Position numbers and translations under genes: made by a program | Assembly: GCA_965217195.1 (NCBI GenBank) | Contig: CBDCHL010000003.1 | Coordinates: 1,053,260-1,117,259 of the forward strand | Length of the DNA stretch: 64,000 nucleotides | Origin: Bryobacterales bacterium | GTDB taxonomy: Bacteria; Acidobacteriota; Terriglobia; Bryobacterales; UBA6623 | Direction of reading: 5' to 3' | Part shown: positions 54,457-63,611 of the stretch, in pieces | Layout: the number at the start of each line of letters is the position of its first letter | Numbering within the stretch: the stretch's first letter is position 1 | Notes under the pieces: model-generated | The model's database searches: none | Told to the model about the DNA's origin: nothing | Seen by the model: only the letters and a program-made list of their open reading frames with translations

Positions 54457-55791
54457 ATGCACAACCGACGATTGCTCCCTCGACTTTCTGTAATCTTGAC
54501 CGCCATTCTTGCGGCTTTTACCGCAGGGACCTGCGGTGACGGCTCGCTCGGCCCCGAGCAACCTTCCCCGCCGATCACGATTCTCGGCGCCAAGCTGATC
54601 GACGGCACCGGCGGACCGCCAATCGACGACGCGGTGATCGTCGTCCGCGGCACCCGCATCGAAAGCGTCGGGCCGCGCTCCCATGTGCCCGTCCCCAAGG
54701 GCGGCGAAATCATCGACGGCCGCGGCCGGGTCATTATGCCAGGTCTGATCGACCTGCATTGCCACTATTTCGGGGACCGCGCCGCGGTCGAACGCCAATT
54801 CCGAGTACAGCTTTCGGTAGGGGTGACGGCCGCCCGCAGCATCGGCGTCGATACGCCCGAAACGCTGGAGGTTATCGCAGACGCTCTATCGGGCAAGATT
54901 CCGGCTCCGCGGATCTATACGGCGGGCCTCGGGTTCACGCATCCGGAAGGGCATCCGGTCGATCAACCATCCGTGTATCGACCGGCCGACGAAGAAGAGG
55001 CTCGCCGCCAGGTCCAACAACTGGTCGCCCACAAGGTTGATTTCGTCAAGATGTGGGTCGAGTCGCGCGGTGGAACGACGCCGAAGATCAGCGAAGCCGT
55101 TCAAGCGGCGATTGTGCAAGAAGCAGCCCGCCACGGGATTCCCTCGGTGGCGCACATCTCCGATCAAGCCGACGTCGAGCGATTGGCCGAGCTCGGAGTC
55201 ACGGATTTTCTTCACACTGTGACGGACCGCGAAACCATCGAGCCCTCGTTCATTCAAATGTGCAAGACCCGCGGCCTATCTTTTACGCCCACCCTGGCGA
55301 TTCCCAACGCCGGTTGGTATTGGGCCGAAAACCCCCTTCAGCTTGACGCCCCCGAGATCAAGGAGGCGTTCGACAAGGCGACCTTCGAAGCTCTCTCCGA
55401 CACCGATGCCCGCAAAGCATTGCTAGCCGACCCCGGCCTCGCCGAGCGAAAAGCCGCTTACGCGCGGGCCGAGGCCTTCGTCTTGCAAATGCAAAGGGAG
55501 GGGATTACCATCGCCGCCGGTTCCGATAGCGGAGCCGGAAACGTCGCCGTCGGCTGGGGAACCCATCACGAAATCGAATTGCTTGTCGAGGCGGGTCTGA
55601 CGCCGATGGAAGCGCTCAAGGCTGCAACCGGATCGGCCGCGTCTCTGCTGGAGAGCGGCAAGAGCGAACGCGGCGTTCTCAAGGCCGGACACGTTGCCGA
55701 CCTTCTGGTCCTGGGAGCGGACCCGCTTGAGGACATTCGAAACACGCGCAAAATCGAGCGCATTATGCAATCGGGCAACTGGATCCGCTGA
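54457..55791 (+). CDS. Amidohydrolase-family metallo-hydrolase (imidazolonepropionase / Xaa-Pro-dipeptidase-like), probable lipoprotein
   Basis: ATG 54457 is preferred over TTG 54439, giving a lipobox-like LAAFTAGTC. It has PGLIDLHCHY (HxH metal motif), AHISD, AGSDSG and ADLLVLGADPLEDI, typical of this superfamily. Confidence 0.85.
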   Translation: MHNRRLLPRLSVILTAILAAFTAGTCGDGSLGPEQPSPPITILGAKLIDGTGGPPIDDAVIVVRGTRIESVGPRSHVPVPKGGEIIDGRGRVIMPGLIDLHCHYFGDRAAVERQFRVQLSVGVTAARSIGVDTPETLEVIADALSGKIPAPRIYTAGLGFTHPEGHPVDQPSVYRPADEEEARRQVQQLVAHKVDFVKMWVESRGGTTPKISEAVQAAIVQEAARHGIPSVAHISDQADVERLAELGVTDFLHTVTDRETIEPSFIQMCKTRGLSFTPTLAIPNAGWYWAENPLQLDAPEIKEAFDKATFEALSDTDARKALLADPGLAERKAAYARAEAFVLQMQREGITIAAGSDSGAGNVAVGWGTHHEIELLVEAGLTPMEALKAATGSAASLLESGKSERGVLKAGHVADLLVLGADPLEDIRNTRKIERIMQSGNWIR

Positions 55792-55910
55792 GAACGCGAG
55801 TCGGTGCATCCCCGCCCGCGCCGGCCCATCGGGCGTGGCCGTTTCAGGGTTGTCAGGGGGCGGGTCTGTCGGGCCCGCGGGCCTCCAAAACGCGAGTAGT
55901 GGAAACAGTG

Positions 55911-55930
55911 GCGTGGACGGAAGTCCACGC
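55911..55930. repeat. REP-like hairpin, copy 2 (gcgtggac-GGAA-gtccacgc)
   Basis: The 22-mer at 55910-55931 is identical to that at 41853-41874. It lies in the 470-bp intergenic region upstream of the S9 peptidase gene. Confidence 0.6.
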
Positions 55931-56262
55931 TTGCCCGGTCCGCCCCGTCCGGCAATCGCGTATCGGAAAAAAGCGCAGGCGCCACGCCGCCGGAGCGATA
56001 ATGAAACCGTCCGGAGTTCACCAACCCATAGCCTGCATTTCTCACCACCTGGCGAGGCGAAGTGCGTGAGAGGGCGGTCAGTACGAGACACGGGCCGCCT
56101 GGCGCGCGGAGGCGTACTTGAACAGTACGGTGAGCACGGCAGGCAACCGTAACGAAGTAATGACGGGCCTATTGCGTGCTTCGACCGTCATGTGATGAGA
56201 AATGCAGGTTGGCAGAAGCGGCCCGAAGTCCCGCGGCCGTCCACACCCTAACGAATCGGCCC

Positions 56263-58464
56263 ATGAGAACGACGAGAAAGGGAAATCGCCTCAGCATTCT
56301 TTCACCCGGTGAGGGGAGCGACAAGCCAAAGGGCCGATTGAAACCTCGGGGCGCCCCCCTGGCGCGGTGTCTCCTCGTCGGAGGTCTCGTAGCCGCTTGC
56401 GTCGCGGTCGGCGCCCGCGTCGCCGCTGCTGCCGGTTTGACGCCCAAAGATGTCGCGCGAATCCGCACAGTCTTCGAGGTCAAGATTTCACCCGATGGCC
56501 GACACATCGCCTACACGCTGACGGTCCCCCGACGTCCCTTTGACGACAAGGACGGCCCGGCTTGGAGGGATCTCCACGTCGTCGATCGGGATGGACACTC
56601 TCGGCCTTTTGTCACCGGCAAAGTCAACGTCAGTGTTGTCCGCTGGACCCCGGACGGGAACTCCATCTCTTTTCTCGCCAAGCGCGGAGACGATAAAGAC
56701 AGCTCGCTGTATGTGATCCCCATCGACGGCGGCGAGGCGCGCAAGGTATTCGGGCACGACACCTCAATGCGCTCCTACGTATGGAGCCCCGACGGCAAAC
56801 AGGTCGCGTTCACCGCCGTCAAGAAAACAGACAAAGACAAGAAAAAGCTCCGCGACCAAGGTTTTAATCAGGTGGTTTTCGAGGAAGATCCTAACCCGGT
56901 CAGGGTGTGGATCACCGAGCCCGAACTCAGCCCCGATACCGAAGAAGAAAAGCCCGAAGCACGAATGCTTGAGCTGGAAGGTTCGGTTTCCACGGTTGCA
57001 TGGAGCCCGATGGGCGATCGGCTCGCCGTGGCGACGGCACCCACACCCGGCGTAGACGATCAATTTATGAATCGCTCGATTCAGATTGTCGACCCCGAAA
57101 ACGGAGAGCTGCACGCGAAGATCGAGCCCCCCGGGAAGATGGGGCCGTTTGTCTGGAGTCCGGGCGGCAAAACTTTGGCACTGTTGGTAGCCGAAGATCG
57201 TAGCGATCCCGACCCGGGCCGACTCGCGGTAGTGTCGCCTTCCGGCGGCGAGCTGCAATACCTGTTGACTGATCTTGATGGTCGCTTTTCGGCGCTCCGC
57301 TGGCGCGATGCGGATACCATCATTTACGTGGCCGATCGGGGAGTGGTTTCAACGGTGGGCCAAATCGGCCGCGAGGGCGCCGGTTTCCGTGAACAAATCA
57401 GCCGCGAGGCAGGAATCGTCCTGGGAGGCCTCGACCGTGCCGAGGACGGCACAATCGTCACCCGGCTACAATCGGCGCGGCATCCTGCCGAGGTGGCCGT
57501 TTTCGCGCCTGGGGAGACGAAGCCAACTCGGCTAACGAACAGCAACCCCTGGCTCGACGAGGTTGACTTCGCTCCGCAGGAAGTGATCTCGTACAAGGCG
57601 CGAGACGGACTGGATCTAGAAGGTATTCTTATGCGCCCGCTCGGTGGGGAACCTGGGCAGCGCTATCCGCTGATCGTAATGGTTCACGGCGGCCCGGAAT
57701 CGCATATCAGTAACGGTTGGTTGAGCACCTATTCCCGGCTGGGACAAACGGCCGCCGCGCGGGGTATGGCGATCTTCTATCCCAACTACCGAGGCAGTAC
57801 CGGCCGCACCGTCGCCTTTTCAAAACTTCATCACGGCGACCCGGCCGGCAAAGAGTTCGACGACCTGGTCGACGCCGTTGATCACTTGGCGAAGCAAGGC
57901 TTGATCGACCCGAAGAGGGTGGGCATTACAGGGGGCTCCTACGGTGGCTACGCCACGGCTTGGGGGTCAACGTACTATTCGGAGCGCTTCGCGGCGGGTG
58001 TGATGTTCGTCGGCATCAGCGACCTCGTTTCGAAAGCCGGCACGACCGATATCCCCCAGGAGATCTTTCTCGTCCACCACCGCAAGCGAGTTTGGGATGA
58101 GTGGCGATTCTTTCGGGAAAGAAGCCCCATCTATCACATCGACAAGGCGCGGACGCCGTTGCTGATCTTGCACGGCCGAAATGACACCCGCGTGCCCCCC
58201 TCTCAATCAATGCAACTTTACCGGCTGCTAAAGGCGCAAGGGAAGACCGCCGTGCGGCTAATTCTCTACCCCGGCGAAGGCCATGGGAACCGCCGAGCCG
58301 CGTCGCGTTATGACTACCATCTACGAACACTGCGTTGGATGGAGCATTATCTGAAGGGTCCCGGCGGCGATGTGCCTCCGCTCAAGATCGACTACGGGCA
58401 GGAAAAGGACGATAACGACAAGAAAGAAGAAGAAAAGGCCGAAGAGCAGGCCGCGGAGGAATAG
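56263..58464 (+). CDS. S9-family serine peptidase (prolyl oligopeptidase / acylaminoacyl-peptidase type) with an N-terminal beta-propeller
   Basis: ATG 56263 (MRTTRKG... then a hydrophobic leader). Propeller repeats fit the pattern WSPDG. The catalytic domain has GGSYGGY (nucleophile elbow), LILHGRNDTRVP and GEGHG. An acidic/Lys-rich tail is present. Confidence 0.9.
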   Translation: MRTTRKGNRLSILSPGEGSDKPKGRLKPRGAPLARCLLVGGLVAACVAVGARVAAAAGLTPKDVARIRTVFEVKISPDGRHIAYTLTVPRRPFDDKDGPAWRDLHVVDRDGHSRPFVTGKVNVSVVRWTPDGNSISFLAKRGDDKDSSLYVIPIDGGEARKVFGHDTSMRSYVWSPDGKQVAFTAVKKTDKDKKKLRDQGFNQVVFEEDPNPVRVWITEPELSPDTEEEKPEARMLELEGSVSTVAWSPMGDRLAVATAPTPGVDDQFMNRSIQIVDPENGELHAKIEPPGKMGPFVWSPGGKTLALLVAEDRSDPDPGRLAVVSPSGGELQYLLTDLDGRFSALRWRDADTIIYVADRGVVSTVGQIGREGAGFREQISREAGIVLGGLDRAEDGTIVTRLQSARHPAEVAVFAPGETKPTRLTNSNPWLDEVDFAPQEVISYKARDGLDLEGILMRPLGGEPGQRYPLIVMVHGGPESHISNGWLSTYSRLGQTAAARGMAIFYPNYRGSTGRTVAFSKLHHGDPAGKEFDDLVDAVDHLAKQGLIDPKRVGITGGSYGGYATAWGSTYYSERFAAGVMFVGISDLVSKAGTTDIPQEIFLVHHRKRVWDEWRFFRERSPIYHIDKARTPLLILHGRNDTRVPPSQSMQLYRLLKAQGKTAVRLILYPGEGHGNRRAASRYDYHLRTLRWMEHYLKGPGGDVPPLKIDYGQEKDDNDKKEEEKAEEQAAEE

Positions 58465-58477
58465 ATCACTCTTTGGA

Positions 58478-59467
58478 TCACCTACTGTCGAATCGCTTCA
58501 GCTCGACTTTTGCCTTCAAGTCCGCAACCCCGGCGGTATAACGCGTGTCGGTCACCGTGAAAGCAATTGCGTCCTCCAGCCACTCGTGAGCCGTGCCGTC
58601 GGGGTCGTGGGACGCCGCGGTCAGCGTGTAGTCTTGGCCGCACAAATCAGCATTGAACTGAAAATTCAGTTCAATCTCATCACCCGCATCGCAGGGGCCG
58701 ATAGCGACGTTTTCCAGTTCAGTATTGGTCCCGTAAACATTGACCCCCACCCGGGAGCGAATCAGTATGCCGATCACCGGGTCGCTAACACTTTCCAGGT
58801 AACGCACCTTCACGCGCGCCGCCACCGCGTCCCCGTTTCGAATCAGCCCGACAGCTTTTCCCGCCGAGTCGATTATCTGAATAGCCGCTATTTCCGCCCG
58901 CCCGTCGCCGTGGCGCGAGGAAGGCTGTAGGGTCGAAGCGCCGGAGGCCGTTCGACGACCCGAATCGATGCGATCACGATAGCCCTTGAGAACGATTCGA
59001 GGATCACCTCGATCCACCACGCGCCCGGCGTCCATGAGCACGACCTCATCACAATGCCGCTCGGGCAAAGCGAAGTCATGGGAAACCAAGACAATGAGTG
59101 CACCCCGACGGCGCGTAGTATCAATGGTGGCTAGCGTCTCGGCCCGATAGGCGGGATCGGTGAGCGCAAAACCCGCCCCGATGAGCAAAACATCAGGGTC
59201 ACGGGCCAGCGCTTCGTCGATCGAGCGGCGAATGTCTTGTGGATCTGCCGAATCAAGCGAAGAACAAGCGACTTCCAACCGGCCGGAAACAACGACTTCC
59301 CCGGACTCCGGTTGCCGCAACCCGCCCGCGATCTCGAGCAAGGCCCTTTTCCCCGATCCGTTCGGACCCGCAATAGCGACAAGCATCCCGCCGCGCAGCG
59401 AGAGATCGACATCCAGCGCGAGATCGCCGACCCGGCACCGAATCTCACGAAGGTTGAGAGGCATCAT
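58478..59467 (-). CDS. Wzt/TagH-like ABC ATPase homologue with a shortened, degenerate nucleotide-binding domain and an intact Wzt_C-type C-terminal domain
   Basis: Walker A is GPNGSGKRA (Arg in place of the usual Ser/Thr). No LSGGQ signature is present. Walker B reads DVLLIGAGF instead of hhhhDE. The H-loop VSHD is retained. The C-terminal 150 aa match the Wzt carbohydrate-binding domain pattern (DPVIGILIRSRVGVNVYGTNT...). Confidence 0.65.
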   Translation of the reverse strand: MMPLNLREIRCRVGDLALDVDLSLRGGMLVAIAGPNGSGKRALLEIAGGLRQPESGEVVVSGRLEVACSSLDSADPQDIRRSIDEALARDPDVLLIGAGFALTDPAYRAETLATIDTTRRRGALIVLVSHDFALPERHCDEVVLMDAGRVVDRGDPRIVLKGYRDRIDSGRRTASGASTLQPSSRHGDGRAEIAAIQIIDSAGKAVGLIRNGDAVAARVKVRYLESVSDPVIGILIRSRVGVNVYGTNTELENVAIGPCDAGDEIELNFQFNADLCGQDYTLTAASHDPDGTAHEWLEDAIAFTVTDTRYTAGVADLKAKVELKRFDSR

Positions 59468-59545
59468 TCGCCTCGAAAGGCCAATTCGAACCGAAGACTC
59501 GGACGAAGTTAAAATGCGGAGCTGTGGCCTATCTGCAGGCCCGGG

Positions 59546-59944
59546 CTAGAGGGCTTTCTGCAGCACCTGGCCGAGGTTGCCTATGTTCGCTTCCGTGGCG
59601 GCACCTGACGCGGCGGCTGCCGTGGAGTCAGGAGCATCGGCCGTTGGGCGCTTGCGCCGGCGCGGCGTGGACTTCTTAACCGTCGGCCGCTCTCCGCGCG
59701 GACGCGCTTCCTTCGCTTGCAACAGACGCCCATCGATGGGCGCACGGTGAAAGCGCTGGATAATCGACTCCATTTCTTCCTGATTCGGAGCCTCTACAAA
59801 AGCGTATCCCTTGGACTCTTGCGTCTCAAAGTCCCGGATCACTCGGACTGCATCACAGACAAGATCATTGCTGTCAAACCAAGATCGGATATCATCAGCC
59901 GTCACCCACGTTGGCAGGTTTCCTAGATAGACGCTATGGGGCAT
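59546..59944 (-). CDS. RNA-recognition-motif (RRM) RNA-binding protein with a basic C-terminal tail
   Basis: RNP2-like VYLGNL and RNP1-like KGYAFVEA have correct spacing and are followed by an Arg/Lys/Pro-rich tail. Confidence 0.8.
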   Translation of the reverse strand: MPHSVYLGNLPTWVTADDIRSWFDSNDLVCDAVRVIRDFETQESKGYAFVEAPNQEEMESIIQRFHRAPIDGRLLQAKEARPRGERPTVKKSTPRRRKRPTADAPDSTAAAASGAATEANIGNLGQVLQKAL

Positions 59945-60303
59945 GCAAACACACTCTTTCTCTCAAGATTTCTTCCGGTTCGCTGTTTTCCTAAGGGACG
60001 CGCGGGAGAGATGCGCGTCGGCCGGGAGGGTCAGTTATCGGAACAAACTTAGTATAGCATAGGCTTCGAAAGCGTTTGTTTTGAGCGGAGTTGCGAGTTC
60101 GAGAGAAGGGAGGAAACGGCTGCCTGTGTCCTCACCGCTGATCGCCGACGTCCCGCTCGCGAACGCCAATGCTATAGTAGTCACCGTAACAGCGAGGCGT
60201 GCGCGGCGGCCGTTCGAGGCGGCGTTCTTCGTGCGTGATCGCCGGGCGGAAAAACACCGGGGGGACGAGGGCGCGACGCGAAGCGGCGCCTTCGCGTGTT
60301 GTT

Positions 60304-61242
60304 GTGGATTTTGACCAACTGCACACATTTTTGGAAATTGTTCGGCTGAAGAGCTTTTCGAAAGCCGCGCAGACCTGCTTCCGAACCCAGCCGGCCATCA
60401 GCGCCCAAATTCGCCAGATGGAACAAGAGTTGGGCACCCAGCTCTTTGAGCGCTTCGGCAGCCGCATCTCCCTCACTACCGCCGGAAAAACTTTCGCCGA
60501 CTACGCGCAGCAGCTTCTCGAACTGAAGCGGCAAGGATTCGACGCCGTCCGCGAGCTCGACCGCATTCCTAAGGGAGAGCTCTGCATCGCCGCTAACGAA
60601 GCGACGTGCGTTAACGTTCTGCCGCAAGTCTTCGCCACGTTTCGCGAGCGCTTTTCCGAAGTCCAGCTCCAGGTCATCCGCTCCTACAGTTCCCAAACCA
60701 TCCAGTCGGTGATGGACAACTCGGTCGATTTCGGCATCACGCAGCTCCCGGTCCGGGAGAAGCGAATCGAGGTGGTCCAGATTCACTCCGATGAGATTCG
60801 GCTGCTGGTGCCGCCGGGCCACGCCTTCGCCCGAGCCACCTCCGTAAACGCCGAACAGATCGCGGAACATCGCTTGCTGTTACCCAAGAGTGGCAGAACG
60901 CGAAGCCGCATCAATGAATATCTGGACTTGGTGGAAGACGATTTGAAGATCGCGATGGAGCTTGAGTCCTCCGAGATGACCAAACATTTCATCATGGCGG
61001 ACCTGGGAATCGGTTTCATGGCGGTAACCAACGCCCAAAACGAGATTCGCCGAGGACTCTTGCGGGCGATCCGGCTCGCACCGCTACCCATGATGCGGAC
61101 GGTCGGTTTGATCTATCGCAAAGACAAACCGCTGTCGAAGGCGGGACTTGGACTGATCGAGGTGGTCGCCGACTTCGCACGCGAAGCGCAATCGAAAGGC
61201 AGCAGCCACGAAACTCTCGGCAAGACCTCCAAGGCGTCATGA
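60304..61242 (+). CDS. LysR-family transcriptional regulator
   Basis: The N-terminal HTH reads DFDQLHTFLEIVRLKSFSKAAQTCFRTQPAISAQIRQMEQELG, followed by a periplasmic-binding-protein-like effector domain. GTG 60304 is preferred; the track start at GTG 60199 adds a 35-aa Arg-rich extension atypical for LysR. Confidence 0.85.
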   Translation: MDFDQLHTFLEIVRLKSFSKAAQTCFRTQPAISAQIRQMEQELGTQLFERFGSRISLTTAGKTFADYAQQLLELKRQGFDAVRELDRIPKGELCIAANEATCVNVLPQVFATFRERFSEVQLQVIRSYSSQTIQSVMDNSVDFGITQLPVREKRIEVVQIHSDEIRLLVPPGHAFARATSVNAEQIAEHRLLLPKSGRTRSRINEYLDLVEDDLKIAMELESSEMTKHFIMADLGIGFMAVTNAQNEIRRGLLRAIRLAPLPMMRTVGLIYRKDKPLSKAGLGLIEVVADFAREAQSKGSSHETLGKTSKAS

Positions 61243-61622
61243 AATGGGTTCTGAAAACTTCGTCGGTACGCGTCGCCACATCAGACGATGACCGCGTCTA
61301 CCGGTCGATCCGGGACGCGCCCGCCGACCTGCGCGACCGCATCCGAGAAGCCATCGAAGGTCCTGACGCCCGCACGATCCTGATCACGAATCAAGAAGCC
61401 TACGACGAAATCCTGAAAGAAGGCGACGAGTCGAGTTTCGATATGGAGTACGAGTCCGCTGCAACGCCCCCATCAGCGGTCACGGAGGTCGTGCGCGCGG
61501 ACGTACGGAACGAGGACGACAGGCGTCTGCCCATCGGCGCGAGACGGGTGCTGATTACTATGTTCGCGGCGATCGCGGCCTTGTGGACGATTTGGGCCCT
61601 GCTTATCCAAATCGGTAGATAG
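61239..61622 (+). CDS. Small acidic protein with a C-terminal transmembrane anchor, unknown function
   Basis: ATG overlaps the LysR stop (ATGA at 61239-61242). The C-terminal hydrophobic segment reads VLITMFAAIAALWTIWALLIQI. No family was recognised, and its 3' end overlaps the convergent DUF1015 gene by 20 nt. Confidence 0.45.
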   Translation: MKWVLKTSSVRVATSDDDRVYRSIRDAPADLRDRIREAIEGPDARTILITNQEAYDEILKEGDESSFDMEYESAATPPSAVTEVVRADVRNEDDRRLPIGARRVLITMFAAIAALWTIWALLIQIGR

Positions 61623-62874
61623 TCAGCCCGGCAAGCAACTTAGGGTAGAAGTCGGTCGATTTTTGCGGCATCACCCCACCTGCGAACGAGATTTCCGCCA
61701 CTTGCTCAACTGCGACCGGTCGCAACAAGAAGGCGACCTGCGCGCGCCGGGAACGGACCTCCTCGACAGCTGCTTGAAAACCGCGCACGTAGCGAATATG
61801 TTTCAACTCCGTGACGTCTTTCTCTGAAATACCGAGCAAGCGATCGATGACAACCTTGTGCAGGACGCCGACGTCAAGTTGCGATCCCGGGCCCGAATCC
61901 TGCGAGGCACCACCGACTTTTCCGGTGAGCAGATAGTGTTGCGCGTCTCCTGCGAACACGGCGCCGATCGCGACTTGGTTGGCCGAGGCATCGTCCATAG
62001 TGCGTTGAAGAGTGTCCGTGTCGTTAAAAGAGTGAACTTCGAATTTTTCACCTGCTCGGTGGAGGAAATCGGCAGCGTCGAAACCCGGCAGCTGATCGAA
62101 CACTCGATGTGTTGCCAGCACGACCAAGCCGGGGGCACGCATATTTACGAAAGTCATCATGACTCGGTCGGCGCCCGAAAGATCGGGATGCTCGTGCGCA
62201 TAAGCCAGCGCCGTTTCATAGCGGTGATGCCCGTCGGCAACGAGCAACTTCTTCGAACCCATCAAAGCTTGGATCCGAGAGACGACCGCGGGCTCGGCGA
62301 CTCGCCACACCCGGTGGGTCACACCGTATTCATCGTCGACCTTAGTCAGCGGCGTTCCCTCCGAGGCCTGGTCGAGCAGTGAGTCGATCTCCGCCTCGGG
62401 GTCGTCATAGAGCATGAAAAGCTGCCCGAAGTGAGCCTTCGTGTGGCGGGTCAATTCCAGCCGGTCGAGTTTGGGGCCGGAGTGCGTCAGTTCATGGCGA
62501 TGGACAACACCCGCACTATAGTCCTCGACCTCGAGTAAGCCGATAAAGCCCTTGCGCGTGAAGACCCGGCCGCTGTCGGGGTGACGAAACTCTTGGAAGT
62601 AGGCGTAGAAGCAGGGCTCTGTGTCCTGCTCGAGAATGCCCTGCTCGGTCCATTCCCTCAGCGTCTCGGCCGCGCCTTCATAAACAGTCGAAGACCCGCC
62701 CTCTCCAGGCTCTTCTTTTCTCTTAACCAGACGAACGAAGTTGTAGGGATTTGCGCTGTAATAGCTTTCCTGCAACTCGGGCGGGATCTTGTCGTAAGGC
62801 TGCGTGACGAGGTCGGCGGGCGGCCCGGCCTTTTCGGCATAACGCCAGGCCCGAAAAGGAAAAATCTTCGTCAT
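61603..62874 (-). CDS. DUF1015-family protein
   Basis: The N-terminus MTKIFPFRAWRY...QPYDKI, together with LLVADGHHRYETA, is typical of DUF1015. Confidence 0.8.
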   Translation of the reverse strand: MTKIFPFRAWRYAEKAGPPADLVTQPYDKIPPELQESYYSANPYNFVRLVKRKEEPGEGGSSTVYEGAAETLREWTEQGILEQDTEPCFYAYFQEFRHPDSGRVFTRKGFIGLLEVEDYSAGVVHRHELTHSGPKLDRLELTRHTKAHFGQLFMLYDDPEAEIDSLLDQASEGTPLTKVDDEYGVTHRVWRVAEPAVVSRIQALMGSKKLLVADGHHRYETALAYAHEHPDLSGADRVMMTFVNMRAPGLVVLATHRVFDQLPGFDAADFLHRAGEKFEVHSFNDTDTLQRTMDDASANQVAIGAVFAGDAQHYLLTGKVGGASQDSGPGSQLDVGVLHKVVIDRLLGISEKDVTELKHIRYVRGFQAAVEEVRSRRAQVAFLLRPVAVEQVAEISFAGGVMPQKSTDFYPKLLAGLTIYRFG

Positions 62875-62899
62875 CGAAGCTGGACAGACGCGCGCGTCG

Positions 62900-63436
62900 C
62901 TACCCGCCCACTGCGCTGCGATCCGGGGGGTTATGCTCGCTGTGCGGCGGCAGGTTTAGAACTTCCGATGGGAAATACGAAACGATATAGCCGACGATGT
63001 CGCGCATCGACAGCAACCCGACCGGCGCGCCGTCGGCGTTCATAAGAGGAATGTGGCGGTACCCGCCCTGAATCATACGGTTGAGCGCAAACGCGATGGA
63101 ATCGTGAGGCGCGAGGCAATCCGGATTGGGGGTCATGAACTCCCGCACTGGGCGGCCGATGTCGTCGCAGCGATAGATATGCTTGATGAGGGTATCTCGT
63201 TCGGCGAAGATACCCACGATCTTGCCGTCCTCAACAATCAGCACCGCACCGATGCGCTTACTTGCCATGGCGTCGAGCACGTCTCCTAACGGCGCGTCCA
63301 GGCCGAAACTGACGGGTTGCCGAGGATAACGCGTGTCGCTGATCGGGCGCAGCAGCGCGCGATTGTCGAGTTGTTTCCGTTTGGGCCCCTGGGCCTCCTC
63401 GTACATTGCGAGATCTTCTTCGTAGCCGGTATTCAT
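62900..63436 (-). CDS. CBS-domain pair protein
   Basis: Two CBS motifs are present (VLDAMASKRIGAVLIVEDGKIVGIF and IAFALNRMIQGGYRHIPLMNADGAPVGLLSMRDI). ATG 63434-63436 is preceded by GGGGAGG (complement of 63441-63447) and is preferred over GTG 63466. Confidence 0.85.
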   Translation of the reverse strand: MNTGYEEDLAMYEEAQGPKRKQLDNRALLRPISDTRYPRQPVSFGLDAPLGDVLDAMASKRIGAVLIVEDGKIVGIFAERDTLIKHIYRCDDIGRPVREFMTPNPDCLAPHDSIAFALNRMIQGGYRHIPLMNADGAPVGLLSMRDIVGYIVSYFPSEVLNLPPHSEHNPPDRSAVGG

Positions 63437-63611
63437 AATGACCTCCCCAATCAAGGTCTGCTCCACGCCGAATATCCTACCGTGTCCGTCCGCGCGGAAC
63501 TGTAAGAGTTGGCGGCCGCCTTGTCGGGGCGGTTTCCGCTTTAGCGATACGCCCTGACAAGACGTAGTCTGTACGCGGCGTAGGCAAGCCGCAGTGCGAT
63601 TCGCGCGACGA

